Assembly: GCA_013239625.1 (NCBI GenBank)
Contig: MU053873.1
Coordinates: 1,006,524-1,070,523, forward strand
Direction of reading: 5' to 3'
Length of the DNA stretch: 64,000 nt
Source: Lama guanicoe
Taxonomy: Eukaryota
Shown here: positions 35,491 to 48,315 of the stretch, one piece after another
Numbering within the stretch: position 1 is the stretch's first letter
Layout of the letters: each line of letters begins with the position of its first letter
Made by a program: the position numbers and the translations under genes
The notes under the pieces: model-generated
What the model saw: only the letters and a program-made list of their open reading frames with translations
What the model was told of the DNA's origin: nothing
Databases searched by the model: none

Positions 35491-38400
35491 ATATAGAACC
35501 ATAATTTAGGGAGTGAGGGGGAGAGAGAGGATTGAGGGTAAAAAGAATTAGCGCCACAGGCAAGAGAAATTAGAGCCCTGTTTTGTGTTTTATGTTGGCT
35601 GGGCAGTTGTACAAGCACCACTTCAGTTCAGTCGTGTAAAAATTCTCTCGGATTTTGCATTTTAGGGCCTCTGATACATTAAGTTTTTTTCTCTGTCTTC
35701 TACTTCAATTGCCAGAGAACAGCAATTTACAGCAATATCACCGAAATGTCCAAAGTGGGGATCTATTTCTAGGCCTGAGCACATCTTGGTTCCCTCTGCT
35801 GGGAACGCACGCCCCGCCCCTCCACCACATGCTCCTCTTTTGCACACCACTTGGAACGCTCCCTGGAAAGGCCTTCCCTACCAAGGAGATCTTCTGTCTA
35901 CAAAACCATGAGGCCCATTCAGGTTGCTTTTCCTGCCCCTGCCCCGGGACACACCATGGGTTATTTCTACTCCTGCTGACCCCACTTCTGGAATTTCCTC
36001 CTGCCTCCCTTTCTTACCCCAAACCCACACATTCTTGAAAGTTCAGTTTCATCTATTCTGTGAAGCCTTCCCTTGCTAACACACTACTGGTCCAGAGAGA
36101 CTCTCAGGAAAAAGCGATGTAAAAGCAAAGACCTGAAGGAGTCCATCCTGATTCTCTCCCCATGATGGCCTCGCACTGCCTAGAAGGCTGCTGGAGTACT
36201 GTGGACACCCCAAAGCTGCCTGCTGAACAGCGAGGGACCAGGGCAACTGGGGCAAAGAACAGCTGTAGTTCTGAGACATCAGGTTGATTTAACACCCTGG
36301 ACACATCCATACTTGAAATGACAAACCCTCACCCAATAACTGAATAAACTTTCTTGGTAACAAGGAAGATCAATTGGCCCCCTAGATTATCATAGCCACA
36401 GAACCTGGACAAACAACAGAACTGAACTGGAGACTCAACTTCGCGTGGTGAGAGACATCCAACTCTCCTAATCCTTCTGTCAATGCTGCCAACTAGGATA
36501 GTCGGCGTAACTGATGAAAAACCAGTAACTTTTTTCTGGAGAACCACTAAATTCAAGTCAAGAGCCATCACCAGTGCACCCTCCACCTGCCATCCCACTC
36601 CCGTCCCGTTCAGTTCTGTCTAGAGAACACGCAGAAGGAGAACGGTGCTCATTCATTCAGCCTTGAAGAGCTCCATCCATGTTAGAGTGGGGAGAAAGGA
36701 AAGCCATAAACCCCAAAAGGTTCAAGTGAATCAAGAACTCTAATCTCTCTTTCCTAGTTTCTTCAAGACATGTGCCTAACATCTTAAAAAGCCACAGTAA
36801 ATCAGTCAAACTACCATTAATTCCTGCATGCAAGGTAGACAAAGAATCTTGAGGAGGTTGGCTTGGCCCCTGGAATAAGGGAAGGTGTCACCTCCAGGAG
36901 AGCACATGCAGGCGGTCGGCAATCCCCGGACGCAGGGCCACGGGCCGGCGCTCTGAAACGTGGCCGTGGTGCCCCGGCCAGACTCTGAATAGTTCAAGGT
37001 CTCCAGCTCTTACTAGTAAGAACACAACTTGGAGCACATACTCTGCCTACCAAACAGAACACGGTGACGATGATATTTCTGAACACAGAGAACTTGTGCC
37101 ACCCTCCCCTGCCCGTCCTCATCATCTGAGCATACGCACGAGAGCAGTCCAATTTCAGACAGTTCTGTAAAAAGGAAGGAAATAGAGTTTTTATAGAAGG
37201 GGCACACGAGCAAAAGCCAAAGGGGAGGTATGATCAAAATATTACAGATGGTAAAGACTGGTAGCAAAGTAACAGCTGGAGAAACATCCAATTTCTCACA
37301 GATGCTCTGGTTCAGTAAATCCATGGCAGAAAGTAACATCTTGGGCTCCAGACCAAGGGGGGCAGGCTTGACATCTGAAAGGTGAGCTCTCAGAGGACAT
37401 TCATCTTTTAATTCTGGCATCGCCATGCAGCGGCCCTCCCAGGTCATTAACCACTGAGTTGGCCTCTCCAGTCAATGCAAGAGGCCTCACTCCTCTGTAC
37501 TACTCAACAGGCAAGCAGAGACAAACCTGGGGGTGGAGGGGTGGGGGACTGCTCAGGCATCCATGGTCCTGGAGGAGTGAGCAGGTACCACCCGCACCAA
37601 CCTGCCTCTGGGGACAGGAAGCCAGTGCCACTTGCCTTGATTTCATTCTCTGTTGACCCCAAAGACATGGGTCTAGCTGAGAAGGTCCCACATGCCCTCC
37701 CAGTCCCACGACCTTTCTCAGTCCAAGTCCTTTCTTCCTTCCCTCTCCTACCCTAAAGGAGGCCGCCTCTCTTCCTATTTTAAGGGGCTTAGGCTTTGTT
37801 CTTTTCTTCTGTTTCTGAAAGGCTCCCCAACTCTCACCAACCTACGATCTCTACATCCATCCAAATCCACCAGGGCACATGGGATGGGTGTGCCCACATG
37901 CTGGCCTGCCCGTGGCACATCCATGCACTCTGCTGGGGGTGCTTCTGTGAGGTGGCACAGCCTCAGTCGACAGACACAAGGTTTGCCTCCTGGCAAGCGA
38001 GGGTCAGAGGCCTGGCTCAGAGGAGCCACGCATTGTGTGGCCGCCTGGGGCAGGCAGGCAGTGCGAGCACTGGGAGGGGAAAGGTTCCCTTTGAAGCACA
38101 TGGCGCTGAGAGCTTCCCAGTGACCATGGAAACAGGCGCAGTGGGTTCCCAGCCTGAGAACCAGGGAGAGCAGCCGTGATTCACACACAAAACACACACA
38201 CGGGGTCTGAAAAGCAGAGGCGGGAGGGGCCAGGCGAGGGGCCGGCAGCCGGGGCTGGCAGGAACTGAGCGGCTCCCCTGGTAGGAAAATCCGGCCAATG
38301 AAGCCCAGCAGGTTCACGGGGCTTCCTTTTCATTCCCGAGGCTTTCTTCTCGCTCCCAGCACTGCCCCTCGGGTCCTATTCAGCACCTCATCAGATCAGT

Positions 38401-39024
38401 AGAGCCGGGCCTTTGGCTAGCCTGCGGGCGGCGGGGCCTGGAACCAGGAGGGAGGTGATCAAAGGAGCCGCGGGTGCGGCCACCACCCGCCTGCCCGCCC
38501 TCCCTCCCTCCGTGGATGAGGCCCTGCCAAGGTGATCCAGTGGGAGCCATTGAGGGAGGGCAAGGAAGAGAGGCAGCTTTTATGTCTGCCGTTGTGTTAG
38601 AAGAGACACAAAGCACAGCTTGAACGGAGGAGACAGGCCACTAGGAGGTCACAGCGACCTCCTTCTGGGAATGTCTCTGCTCTCAAATCAGGCGACGCAG
38701 GGGCCACCTGGACTGGCATGCTTGGGGTACACCTGGATGCCTGGATCCTAGCCCTCCTGAGACATGCTGCTTCCAGGTCCTCTTTCACAGCTGTCCGCCT
38801 TCCGAGATAGATGGAGTTACACTGAAAAAGTTATCTGAGATGCTGTGCCCGGTCTCTTCAGGGTTCCAATTTAAAGGGGAAAAAAAGTTATCTGGGATCT
38901 TTTCAGCAAGGAAGAGGAAGTGATGTGGTTAGAATCTGTTAAGGAGGAAAGCTCTCGCCCTACTGATAAGTATCTTTCCTCTCCAGTCAGACTGAATCAA
39001 AGTCCATCAGTGCCCTCCCGGGCA

Positions 39025-39051
39025 CAGGGCCAGGGCCAGGGCCAGGGCCAG
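39025..39051 (+). repeat. (CAGGGC)4 minisatellite-like hexamer repeat, G4-capable
   Basis: cagggccagggccagggccagggccag. Confidence 0.8.
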
Positions 39052-39598
39052 TGAGAGGAGTGAGCCCACCTCTCAGCCCGGCCTCCCTGCCACCACCAAG
39101 TGGGGCAGGCTCCAGCCCTGACCAGCATCTCCTGAGGAAGGCAGTGTTTGGACAGGCCTGTAATTGGAGAAGCCCATTAGGTGCGCTCTCCCTCTCTTAC
39201 CTTTGTTGGGCTGCCAAAATATTTACCTGACTTCTTAACTCCAAATCTCTGAAACACACCTGCATTGCCTAAAACAGGCAATTTTCTTATTTTCTCTCAT
39301 TCATAGAAGAGAGCCAACCTAAGCAAAGATGACAATAGCACAGAGGGATTGAGAGGGCGAGGGTCTGGTAAGAGATGAGCTTTATATAACACAATCTTCT
39401 TACCATGACACAGTACTTAAGAGATGGGTGTACACTGCGCTTTCCTGCTTTTGGGGGAGCGGGGGTCAGTCTGAAGGGCAGTGTGGACAGTTGAAAGCAA
39501 TTACAAAGGTAATCCTTCTGCAAAACAAACTGATTCTATTTTGACCTTAAGGGACGAGTTCATTTCCATGTCAAGCAAACATTCTGTGTGGCAGCCAA

Positions 39599-39781
39599 CT
39601 ATCCATCCATCCAGCCATCTACCTACCTACCCATCTACCTACCTACCTGCCTACCTACCTACCCTTCTACCTACCTACCCATCTACCTACCTATCTGCCT
39701 ACCTACCCACCTACCTACCTGCCTACCAACCTACCTACCTACAAACCTCCCTACCAACCTACCTACCTACAAACCTACCTA
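39599..39781 (+). repeat. Compound (CCAT)n/(CCTA)n tetranucleotide microsatellite
   Basis: About 180 bp of interrupted acct/ccat units; source of the spurious LPTY-rich ORFs. Confidence 0.95.
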
Positions 39782-41034
39782 TGGATCGATCTAAACAAAA
39801 TCATGATACAGAAGCCAACTGTACTGTAATATCAGCAGAGGGACTGAAGACTATTGAACAGGAAAAATGGGGTGCTTAAACAACAAACAGTATTTGTAGG
39901 CTGTTAGATTAATTTCAGATGCTATAAGTGATCTAGAAATAACTGCAAACTTTTTTTTTCCTTTTCTCAGTGCTTCTGGCATCATGAAAAGGAACTTGGG
40001 AGAAGAGTCTCAGTCCAGCAAGCGTGAAGCCACTGCACCACTGTCTCCTCCTGCCACGTGCGCCTGTCTGCTGGGCTCCTGTTTCTGCCGGGAGCTTTCT
40101 AAAGCACACACGTGCCAAGGCCGAGTGGCCTGAAGTCAGGCCTTCCAGACGGGGTGTGGTTTCTGGCTAGAACTCAACGGAAGGTCCCTGCACTGCCTGT
40201 TGGTGCTGTTCTTAGGAGCACAGCATCCTCAGCCTCACAGACACCCACACCCCCTTCCGAGAACAAGGGCATGGCCATCAGTTAGGGGAATGATTTTTGG
40301 TCTGGCACTCATCGGCAAACCTGTGAGAGAAAAATGATTTCGGAAACATTTCAAGATCTTGAATATTCTAAAATGGGGTCTTTGAGCTATTATCTTTTCA
40401 AAGGCACTAAAAGCAGAGCGGAGGTGGGAGCCTCGCTGACAGCTGTCACTCGCCTACGTCCTTTCTGCAGCGTTTCAAAATCGGCACCTTTATTTTGATA
40501 GACTGTCTTGTCTTCCCTACTGAGGCCTGACAGACTACAAACTTAAGCCCAAAAGAAATCGGGTATCTGAGGCTGGTCAGTAGGAGCATCCGCAATCATG
40601 GGCATTTGCTGGGATTCTAGGAAGTGGCAGGCCAATCTCTTCTAGAACCATCATTAGCTAAAAAAAGGAGAAGGCTGGGCAGTAGCTCTGCTGTCTTTCT
40701 GTATTTTTAACCCAGCTGTTCAGCTACTGAGCTGGAACTGAAGGTGTCCTGACACGGGCACGCCTCGCCTCTGCCTTCCTTCTGCCACAGGACGGTGGAC
40801 ACTGCTGTGGCTCGGTCGTGCCAGGTGAAACCGGGGGATCTGGAAGGCAGCTGAAGACAAAGACTAGCGATGAAGAGAGACCAGTGCTCCCTGGGCCTCT
40901 GGTAGCTTTACGCTTCTGGAGGGAAAAGAGAATAAATTCTTTATTACGAATCCCACGAGGACTTTAAACATGTGACTGTGTAAAGTACCACGGCAAGGAC
41001 ATCCAGTGGGCCGCAGTGAGAGGATGAGCTTTCC

Positions 41035-42120
41035 AGTGGTTTCTTAGATGTGACACCAAGACACAAAAGATCAATTGGACTTTGCCAAAATGTAAAACTT
41101 TTGTGCTGCAAAGGACACCATTAAGGAAAGTGAAAGAGAGTTACCCATTCTGAGCACTCCAATGGTATGCATGTTGCACTTGTAAATAAACTTTTTTTTC
41201 TCTAAAAAAAAAAAGGGAAAGATAAACCCACAGACTAGGAGAAAACATTCACAAATCATATAACTGATAAGGGACATGCATCGAGAATATATGAAGAACT
41301 CTTATAATTCAATAATAAAAAGATAAATTACCAATTTAAAAATAGGCAAAGGATCTGAATAGATATTTCTCCGAAGAAGATATACAAGCTTCCAATAAGC
41401 ACATGAAAAGATGCTCAACATCATTAGCCACCAGGGAAATGCAAATCAAAACCACAATGAGGTACCACTTCATATCCACCAGGTCAGCTGCAACCAAAAA
41501 GACAGAGAGTAGCAAGTGTTGGCTGGGATGTGGAGAAAGCAAACACCACTGGCGGTGATGGAGAATGTGTGGCCACGATGGAAAACAGGCTGGCAGTTCT
41601 TCAACAGGTTAAACAGAGAGTTGCCATATGACCCAGCAATTCCACTCTTGGTTATTTACCCACGAGAAGTGAAAACCTATACCTACACAGACTCTTGTAC
41701 ACCAACGTTCACAGGAGCATTATTCTTAGTAACCAAAGAGTGGAAACAATCTAAACACCCACCAACGAATAGATAAACAAGCAATGGGCAGACAATGAAA
41801 TATTATTTGGCAATAAAAAGAAATGATGCACTGATGCTTGCTGCAACATGGATGGACCCTGAAAACATCATGCTAAGCAAGGAGAAACAGATACAAAGGA
41901 CCACGCACTGTGTGATTCCACTGATGTGGGATGTCCAGAAAGGAAGGGCGATGGCAGCTCAATGGCAAACGGTTTCTTTTTGGGTTAATGAAAATGTTCA
42001 GACATCTGATAAGGGACTGTTATCCATAACATATAAAGAATGTGAAAATACTAACATGGATTGTGGGTGATGGTTGCACAATTCTATGAATGTACTAAAA
42101 TCCACTGTACACTTAAAACA
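41035..42120 (+). mobile_element. L1MB/MC-type LINE, ORF2 3' end plus 3' UTR (decayed, with internal insertion)
   Basis: aaacttttgtgctgcaaaggacaccatt...aataagcacatgaaaagatgctcaacatcattag...agagttgccatatgacccagcaattccactc...gatggttgcacaattctatgaatgtactaaaa. Confidence 0.9.
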
Positions 42121-42729
42121 AAAAAAGCATCTTCATGTGGGAACAAACTGATATGTCACTTCTGTTCTATTTCTATGTCGGGTCCAATCATCTGGAAACA
42201 TATTTCCATCACAGAACTGGGTAGAAAAGTTCTGGAGGTAAAACCATCTTGGGGCACTTGAAGTTGAAATAGGCTGGAGTTGGTTTTAACCAAAGTATAC
42301 ATTTCCTAATAAAAACTATGTGTGCATGCTGGAATGTAGGGAGACGTGAATGTGGCAATTAGGACAATGAACACAGGTTCTGAAAAGTGACTCCCTGTGC
42401 TGATGGAGCTGGGGCAGGGCTCTGCCATTCCTACTGAGCGGGAGTGGAGGAGGATTAATGAGGATTCCCTGCTTTGTTGATTTTGATGAATTCATTCTTT
42501 TAAATGTGTCCACAAGCACATTTCACTTAACTCTGGAAATACGTTTTAAAACCACAGAAATTAAAACAGTGTGGCACTGCCCTCCAAAGGGCTATAGAAT
42601 TTGGCAGTAGATAACACAGGATATGATCCTACTATAGAAGTCAGTAGAACAGAATATATTATTTTTTTAAAGGAGGAAGGTACAAACCATGAAGGAAATG
42701 ACAACTCTGGAAAGACTCTACTTAGCCAC

Positions 42730-43770
42730 TCCCTGATATGACACATCAAACTAAATTTTGAGTGATTTAAAGATGTAATAAGTGAAAAGAAAACCAGCGA
42801 TTACAGAAAAAGCAGAACAGGCAAAAATGATCACAAACTTGCAAGAGAGGGAAGAAAATAAGTTTAAAGGCAACAGAAGAAATCAGGAAGAAGTGATGAC
42901 TGTGTAAAAACTGTAAACTTCTGCATGCCAAGAAAGCTTTAAAAAAAGTAAATAAAAAGGCCAGTTTAAAAATATTCCACATGACAAGGAATTAATACAC
43001 TGCTATAAAAAATCTACATTAAGATCCATCCATAAACGAGCAAGGGATTAGAATAGACAATTCACAAGAGAGGAAATTTAATTAGTAGCTGGAAAAATGC
43101 TTGGCGCTTAATACTTGCTCATAAAGAAATGCCAACGAAAACAATGAAGTACTATTTTTACCTTTCAAATTAGTAAAGAAACATAGTCATGGCAGTAGTC
43201 AATGTCAGCATTGTTTTTGTGAAAAATGGTTCACTCTTACTTCACTAGTGGCAAGGAAAACTGAGGGGACTTTCCTGAAAAGCAATTTGTAACTGTTTGC
43301 ATCAAGAGTCATTAAAAAATGTTCATATCCTTTGATCTATAATCTCCTCCTGGAATATTACGTTAAAGGAATAAGTCAAAGAGAAAAAAAAAAAGGTCAA
43401 AGCCCATCCCACATAAAGAAAAGTTTCAGTTTGGTTTCTGTAAGGATTAAAAATAAAATAGAAGTAATCTAATTATTGAACCCTGGGGGAAAGGTCAGCT
43501 AAATCATGGGATGTTCTACTCTCATGTTATGCAGCCAATAAAATGATAGGTTATAAAAATAACAGCAAAGTGGTAAAATGACTAGCATATGTTATTAAGT
43601 TTGAAAAGGCAGGACAGATTTTTATATCTTCATAATAATTATATTAAAAAATCAGACTCAGGTTCCCTGAAAGACTGGAAGGGAATAAACCAAAATAGAC
43701 AGGACTTAGGTTAAAGGAGTAAAATTAAACTTTTTTCTCTTGTATCTTCCAATTCTTCATAATGAATTGT
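42730..43770 (+). mobile_element. Ancient L1ME-type fragment
   Basis: A-rich; gaatagacaattcacaagagaggaaat...gaaaaatgcttggc...aaagcaatttg...atgttcatatcctttgatc...gcagccaataaaat. Confidence 0.65.
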
Positions 43771-46140
43771 TTCATACAACAAATACTTAACGAATGTGCA
43801 CTATAAGCACTAGGCACTGTTCTCGACACTGAGACTATGAGAATGGTATAAAATTATTATATTGCTTAGACACTTAAAAAAAAAAAAAGAGGCAAGGGGA
43901 CCCAAGAATTTGTTAGTAACAAAAATAGTAAAATAAGTTAATGCTATAAATTTGGAGTATACTTTTAAAATTAGGAGTTATAAAAAATGTTAAGATTCTA
44001 CCAACTGACACTCTAAAAAAGTAAAAACACTAAGAAAATAACTCATTTAAAAAAACCAATCTATTACGTTTACAAACAGATGAAAAAGCAAGCTTTCGAA
44101 GCTAAACGCTTTAAAATTTGATTTCTAGAAATTGAGCCAAGATAACAAAAGTTCTCTGCATTTTCCACATTCTTTTCTCTGAGGTTTGTTTAAGAGGTGA
44201 TGCATTTGCGAAAATCTGCCAGCAATAGGCTAATGTGTGAGAGTGAAGCCCCAGTGCCTTGATATAGCCCAAGAAACAGCCCAAGTCCTTCAGGCTGACT
44301 AGAATTTCATTTTATCCAGCAGTGCTTAGAACCACTGGAACGTGTTGATACTCATTATTTTCATAACTTGCAAAAAATGATGCAGAATTTAAAGTATTTC
44401 AGTATCCCAAAGGAATTGTTCAGACTGCCTCAAAGTGAAAACAACACAAAAAACATTAGTCAGAACACAGCCCGATGTCTGATTTGAAAAATAAGATCAC
44501 CAAAGCAGAATGCTACCTTTTATGAAAGGAAATACGGTGCTTTCTGGAGGGGGAACAAACACAAAAGACAAAACGACAAAAAGAAATTGCTTTTGTCTGC
44601 ATCCTGAGAGGGTCTTGTGACCAAGGTTAGCAGACAAGATCTGGCCCACGTCCCCCATTCCTCCTGCTGTGCGCCCAGGGGGGGCTCTCCACCCAGGCCC
44701 TGCCCACCCTCTGCCACAGGAGCTCCAGAACGAGGTGCTCAAACCCCGTGCGCAGGTTCTCCGGGGGGATCGTAAACCAGTCATGTACAGTCACTCTCAA
44801 GACAGCCCACAAATCTGAAATGCTCCTGGACATGGCTAGAAACGCACTCGAATGACAACCCACTGCTCTTATTTGGGGTAAGTCAAGTACACGGCCGGGG
44901 GTGTGCAAGGCCCCCTCTCTGAGAACAGAGAGCGGATGGCGACTTTGGGGCTTATCTCCAGGTCTGACAGATTCGGGTCACCTGACTTGGGACTGGCACT
45001 ATACATGTTATCATGACTTAATCTGCGGGGTTCTAACCTCGTTTGTAGTTCGAAATGGCCTCTCACAAGCAGATAAGGTCATTGGCTATTTCTGATGGGC
45101 TTTTCTGCTGGCCCGTCACACCATCCCTAGTTTCCTAGGACAGCCTCATTTGTGGCCCCTGTTCTATTGAGAACCTGGTTCAGTCAGAGGGGACAATGGT
45201 CAGAAGGAGTTTTGTGAGCCAGGCTTCCCCCAGCCTGGGGAGGTGGCCGGCAGCCTGTGCTCCTCGGGTTGGCAGAAACATTATTTGTTCTTTTCACTCA
45301 CTCTATCTTAAGCCTTTCAGAGGATTTCAAATAATGGTTTCAGTTAGCCTTTTATAGCTGAAAATGTCTGGGATCTAGTTAAAAAAAAAAAAGAAAGTCT
45401 TGTGCTTAATATAGCCTTTTAACCAAGAGGTTCCTGGAAGATTTAGGCGTAGAAGAAAAGCATCAAATTAAAAGTTTGTGACTTTCAAATCAGACACATG
45501 ACCTTAGAAGAAAAGTGGTATTCCCTGAGCTTTTCCTTTTTCCATTCATATCATGCCAATCTTTTCCTCCTGATCTGATTTCTTTCACTAAGTTCCTTTC
45601 TTGCTTTCCTTTTTAACCAAATATGGGAGGTATTTACCCAAGTGCTCCTTAAAATAAACCTGAAGAGCCTTCCAAACTTCCTCTCCAAGAAACCCACCTC
45701 ACCTTAGAAAAAGGGCTTCCATTCGCCTGGTAGGAGTGTGTTTAGAGAGGGGAGGAAATTGTTATTTGTTGAGTATTCACACATTCCGAGAACTTGACAC
45801 ATTTTTTTTTTAATCTTCACAACGCTCTTTACAGAGGGGGACACGGAGAAATGAAGAAAAAAAGAGGTTAACTGGCCCCAAGTGCAGAGTGCAGAGGAGA
45901 GCGGGGGCCCAGACTCTGATGCCGCACGGTACAGGCTCAGGGGATCACTGTCCTCCCCGCACCCTCACAGGGAAACACGAATGTGCGCCAACACCCGTCC
46001 CGCACTTCAACAGAATGTACCATGTGCCACGAGGCACCATGAACCTGCCTTTATATGGGGCCCAACAGGGCAGAGAAATGGATGAAGAAGGAAGAAGTGG
46101 AATTTAAGGTCTTAGGGAGAGCAAATGTGTCACAAGAAGA

Positions 46141-46381
46141 CAAGGCTTCCCAATGGCGACACTCCGGACATTTGGGGCCAGATCTTTCTGTGTTGTAGGG
46201 GGGCCTGGATGGTGAACAGCATCCTTGGCCCCCACCTACTTGATGCCAGTAGCAGCCCCATCCCACTCTCTCCTGGATATTTCTGTCTGAAAACCAAAAT
46301 GTCTCCAGATATCGCCCCATGTCCCCTGGGGCAGTGTGCGCACGCATGCACAAACATAACACCGCCAGCGGAGAACCACTG
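46141..46381 (+). mobile_element. MER20 hAT MITE
   Basis: gacatttggggccagat...gcatccttggcccccacctacttgatgccagtagca...aaccaaaatgtctccagatat...gagaaccactg. Confidence 0.8.
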
Positions 46382-47071
46382 CGGTGGGAGGCCTCAGTAA
46401 CCTGCCCGGGGAAGGTGTGACCCGAGTAGATGTCCAGGCACAGGGCGCTCCCAGAGACACCACGGCAGGGAGCTGTGCACAGTCACAGTGCCCGTGCTCA
46501 GGTATGTGGCAAATATCACACTCACTTCCCTGCTTGGAAGAGGCCACTGCCCGTGACGACCCTGCCCCAGTCGGCGCCTCCTCCCCTTCCAAGTCAGACC
46601 CCAAGACGCCAGTCCCACCATTGCTCTGGAGACGGGGCGCCAGGCTGGCTCGGCCTAAGGACCTGGGCGCCCAGGGACTGTGACCAGACCCCAAGTGAGA
46701 AGGACACGCTTCTGCCCCTCCACCCTGCCGCTTGTGAACAACTCTGCAGCTTCCCAGCTTCCCACAACTTCTGGCCTCAACTCAATGCCTGTCCAGTTAG
46801 GCCCTGCTCTAGAAGATCAAGGCTGAGCGTTATACCCCAAAGCAAGCCTCAAAGATATTAAGATCTTCTTCACCTAAGTTCTCCAAATTCATTATCTGGC
46901 TATTTGTTATTAAATGTGGAAAACAGCCATCCACTGGTTTCATGCAAATTACGGACACTTCAGAACCAGCCCTCTTTTGGCTCCACTGATGTGGGAAAGG
47001 ATCATTTTGCACCACCTCCTCCTGCATTTCCTATGTTGTTCCTTATTTCAGCTCATCTCTACCTTTCTAAC

Positions 47072-47478
47072 AACCGGGGTCTCCCTCAGCCAAGCTCTGT
47101 GAGATGCTCTCATGGCGGGGACGCAAGGCCAGGTCAGTGCACTCAGATTTCAGGCCCCCTTTTATGTTCTCAAAAATTAAGAATCCCAAGGGCCCCCTGT
47201 TTCTATGGGTTATATCCACTGATGTTACCGTATTAGGAATAAAAACGGAGAAATCTTTAAAATACAGAATACACAAGCACCTTGTTCCATTAGCTGTCAG
47301 AGCAATGAAGTTGCTGCATAAAATGAGGCCCCTGGAAAACCCCACCGTACACTCATGAGAGAAAGAGAGCAGTGATTTCAGTGTTACCATAGAAACAGCT
47401 CGGATCTCATGGGCCACCCTGGGAAGGATGGTGACGACCCCTAAGGGTCCCCCGACCGACCACATTTTAAGATCTTCT
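47072..47478 (+). mobile_element. hAT-Charlie element (MER119-like)
   Basis: atgggttatatccactgatgttaccgtattagga...ccattagctgtcagagc...caccgtacactcatgagag...gaccacatttt. Confidence 0.65.
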
Positions 47479-48072
47479 GTGTTAGGATTAACATTTGCAC
47501 CATGATTTGGTAGCTCTGACTTTTAAGAGAGATGATGCCCAGAAGAGAAAACCCAGTTCAAAGAGATTTGGCCAAAAGCAGTTCATCATCATGGGGTGAT
47601 GGTCCCATCTGGATTATTCCCAGGTCTTTTTTTTTCTTTTAAGCTTGAACTCTTGCCTTCTCACTATCATGTATCAGGTTCTGGTTAATATTTGGTGAAG
47701 AAATTCAAATGTCTTTGGATTACAATGTGTCATTTTTCTGTTTTCCACTATGTCACGAAAGAGCATACAAATAAAAGTCTGTTCCTCCTTTACCCAAATT
47801 CTCCACTTTTGGAGTTGTTCTTTGACAGACGAGTAAGGTGTTTTCTGGGTGGCCTGATGTGTGAAAGAGGACGCGGCCTCTGTCCTCACTGCTCCTGGAC
47901 CGTCTGCAGCATGTCTTCTGGGTCGAAGGATTCGCTTCCACCAGGACTCAGAGGAGGCAGACTTCATTCACGATGGAACGACAGGCCATCACTTCAGTAA
48001 CAAACTGCTTACTTTGAAAAATACCTACTGCCATCAAACTTCACATATTGTGAAATGGTTTGAGGAATGCGA

Positions 48073-48315
48073 TTTTTTTCTTTACTGTGGTAAAATATAC
48101 GCAACATAAAATTTACCATTTTAGTCATTTTCAAGTCTATGGCTCGGTGGCATTAAGTGCATTCACACTATTGTACAAGCATCTCCACTGCCCGCTTCCA
48201 GAACTTTTCCACCTCCTGACTCTCTGTCCTCATTAAACACGAAGTCTTCACTGTCTCCTCCCTGCAGCCCTGGCAACCACCGCTCTACTTTCTGTCTCTA
48301 AGGATTTGACTACTT
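48073..48315 (-). mobile_element. L1MB-type 3' UTR fragment
   Basis: tgtggtaaaatatac..aacataaaatttaccattttag...gcattaagtgcattcacactattg...ccctggcaaccacc..tctactttctgtctct. Confidence 0.85.

Noticed and set aside
39481..39879. LPTY-repeat proteins
   Set aside because: Translation of the (CCTA)n microsatellite.
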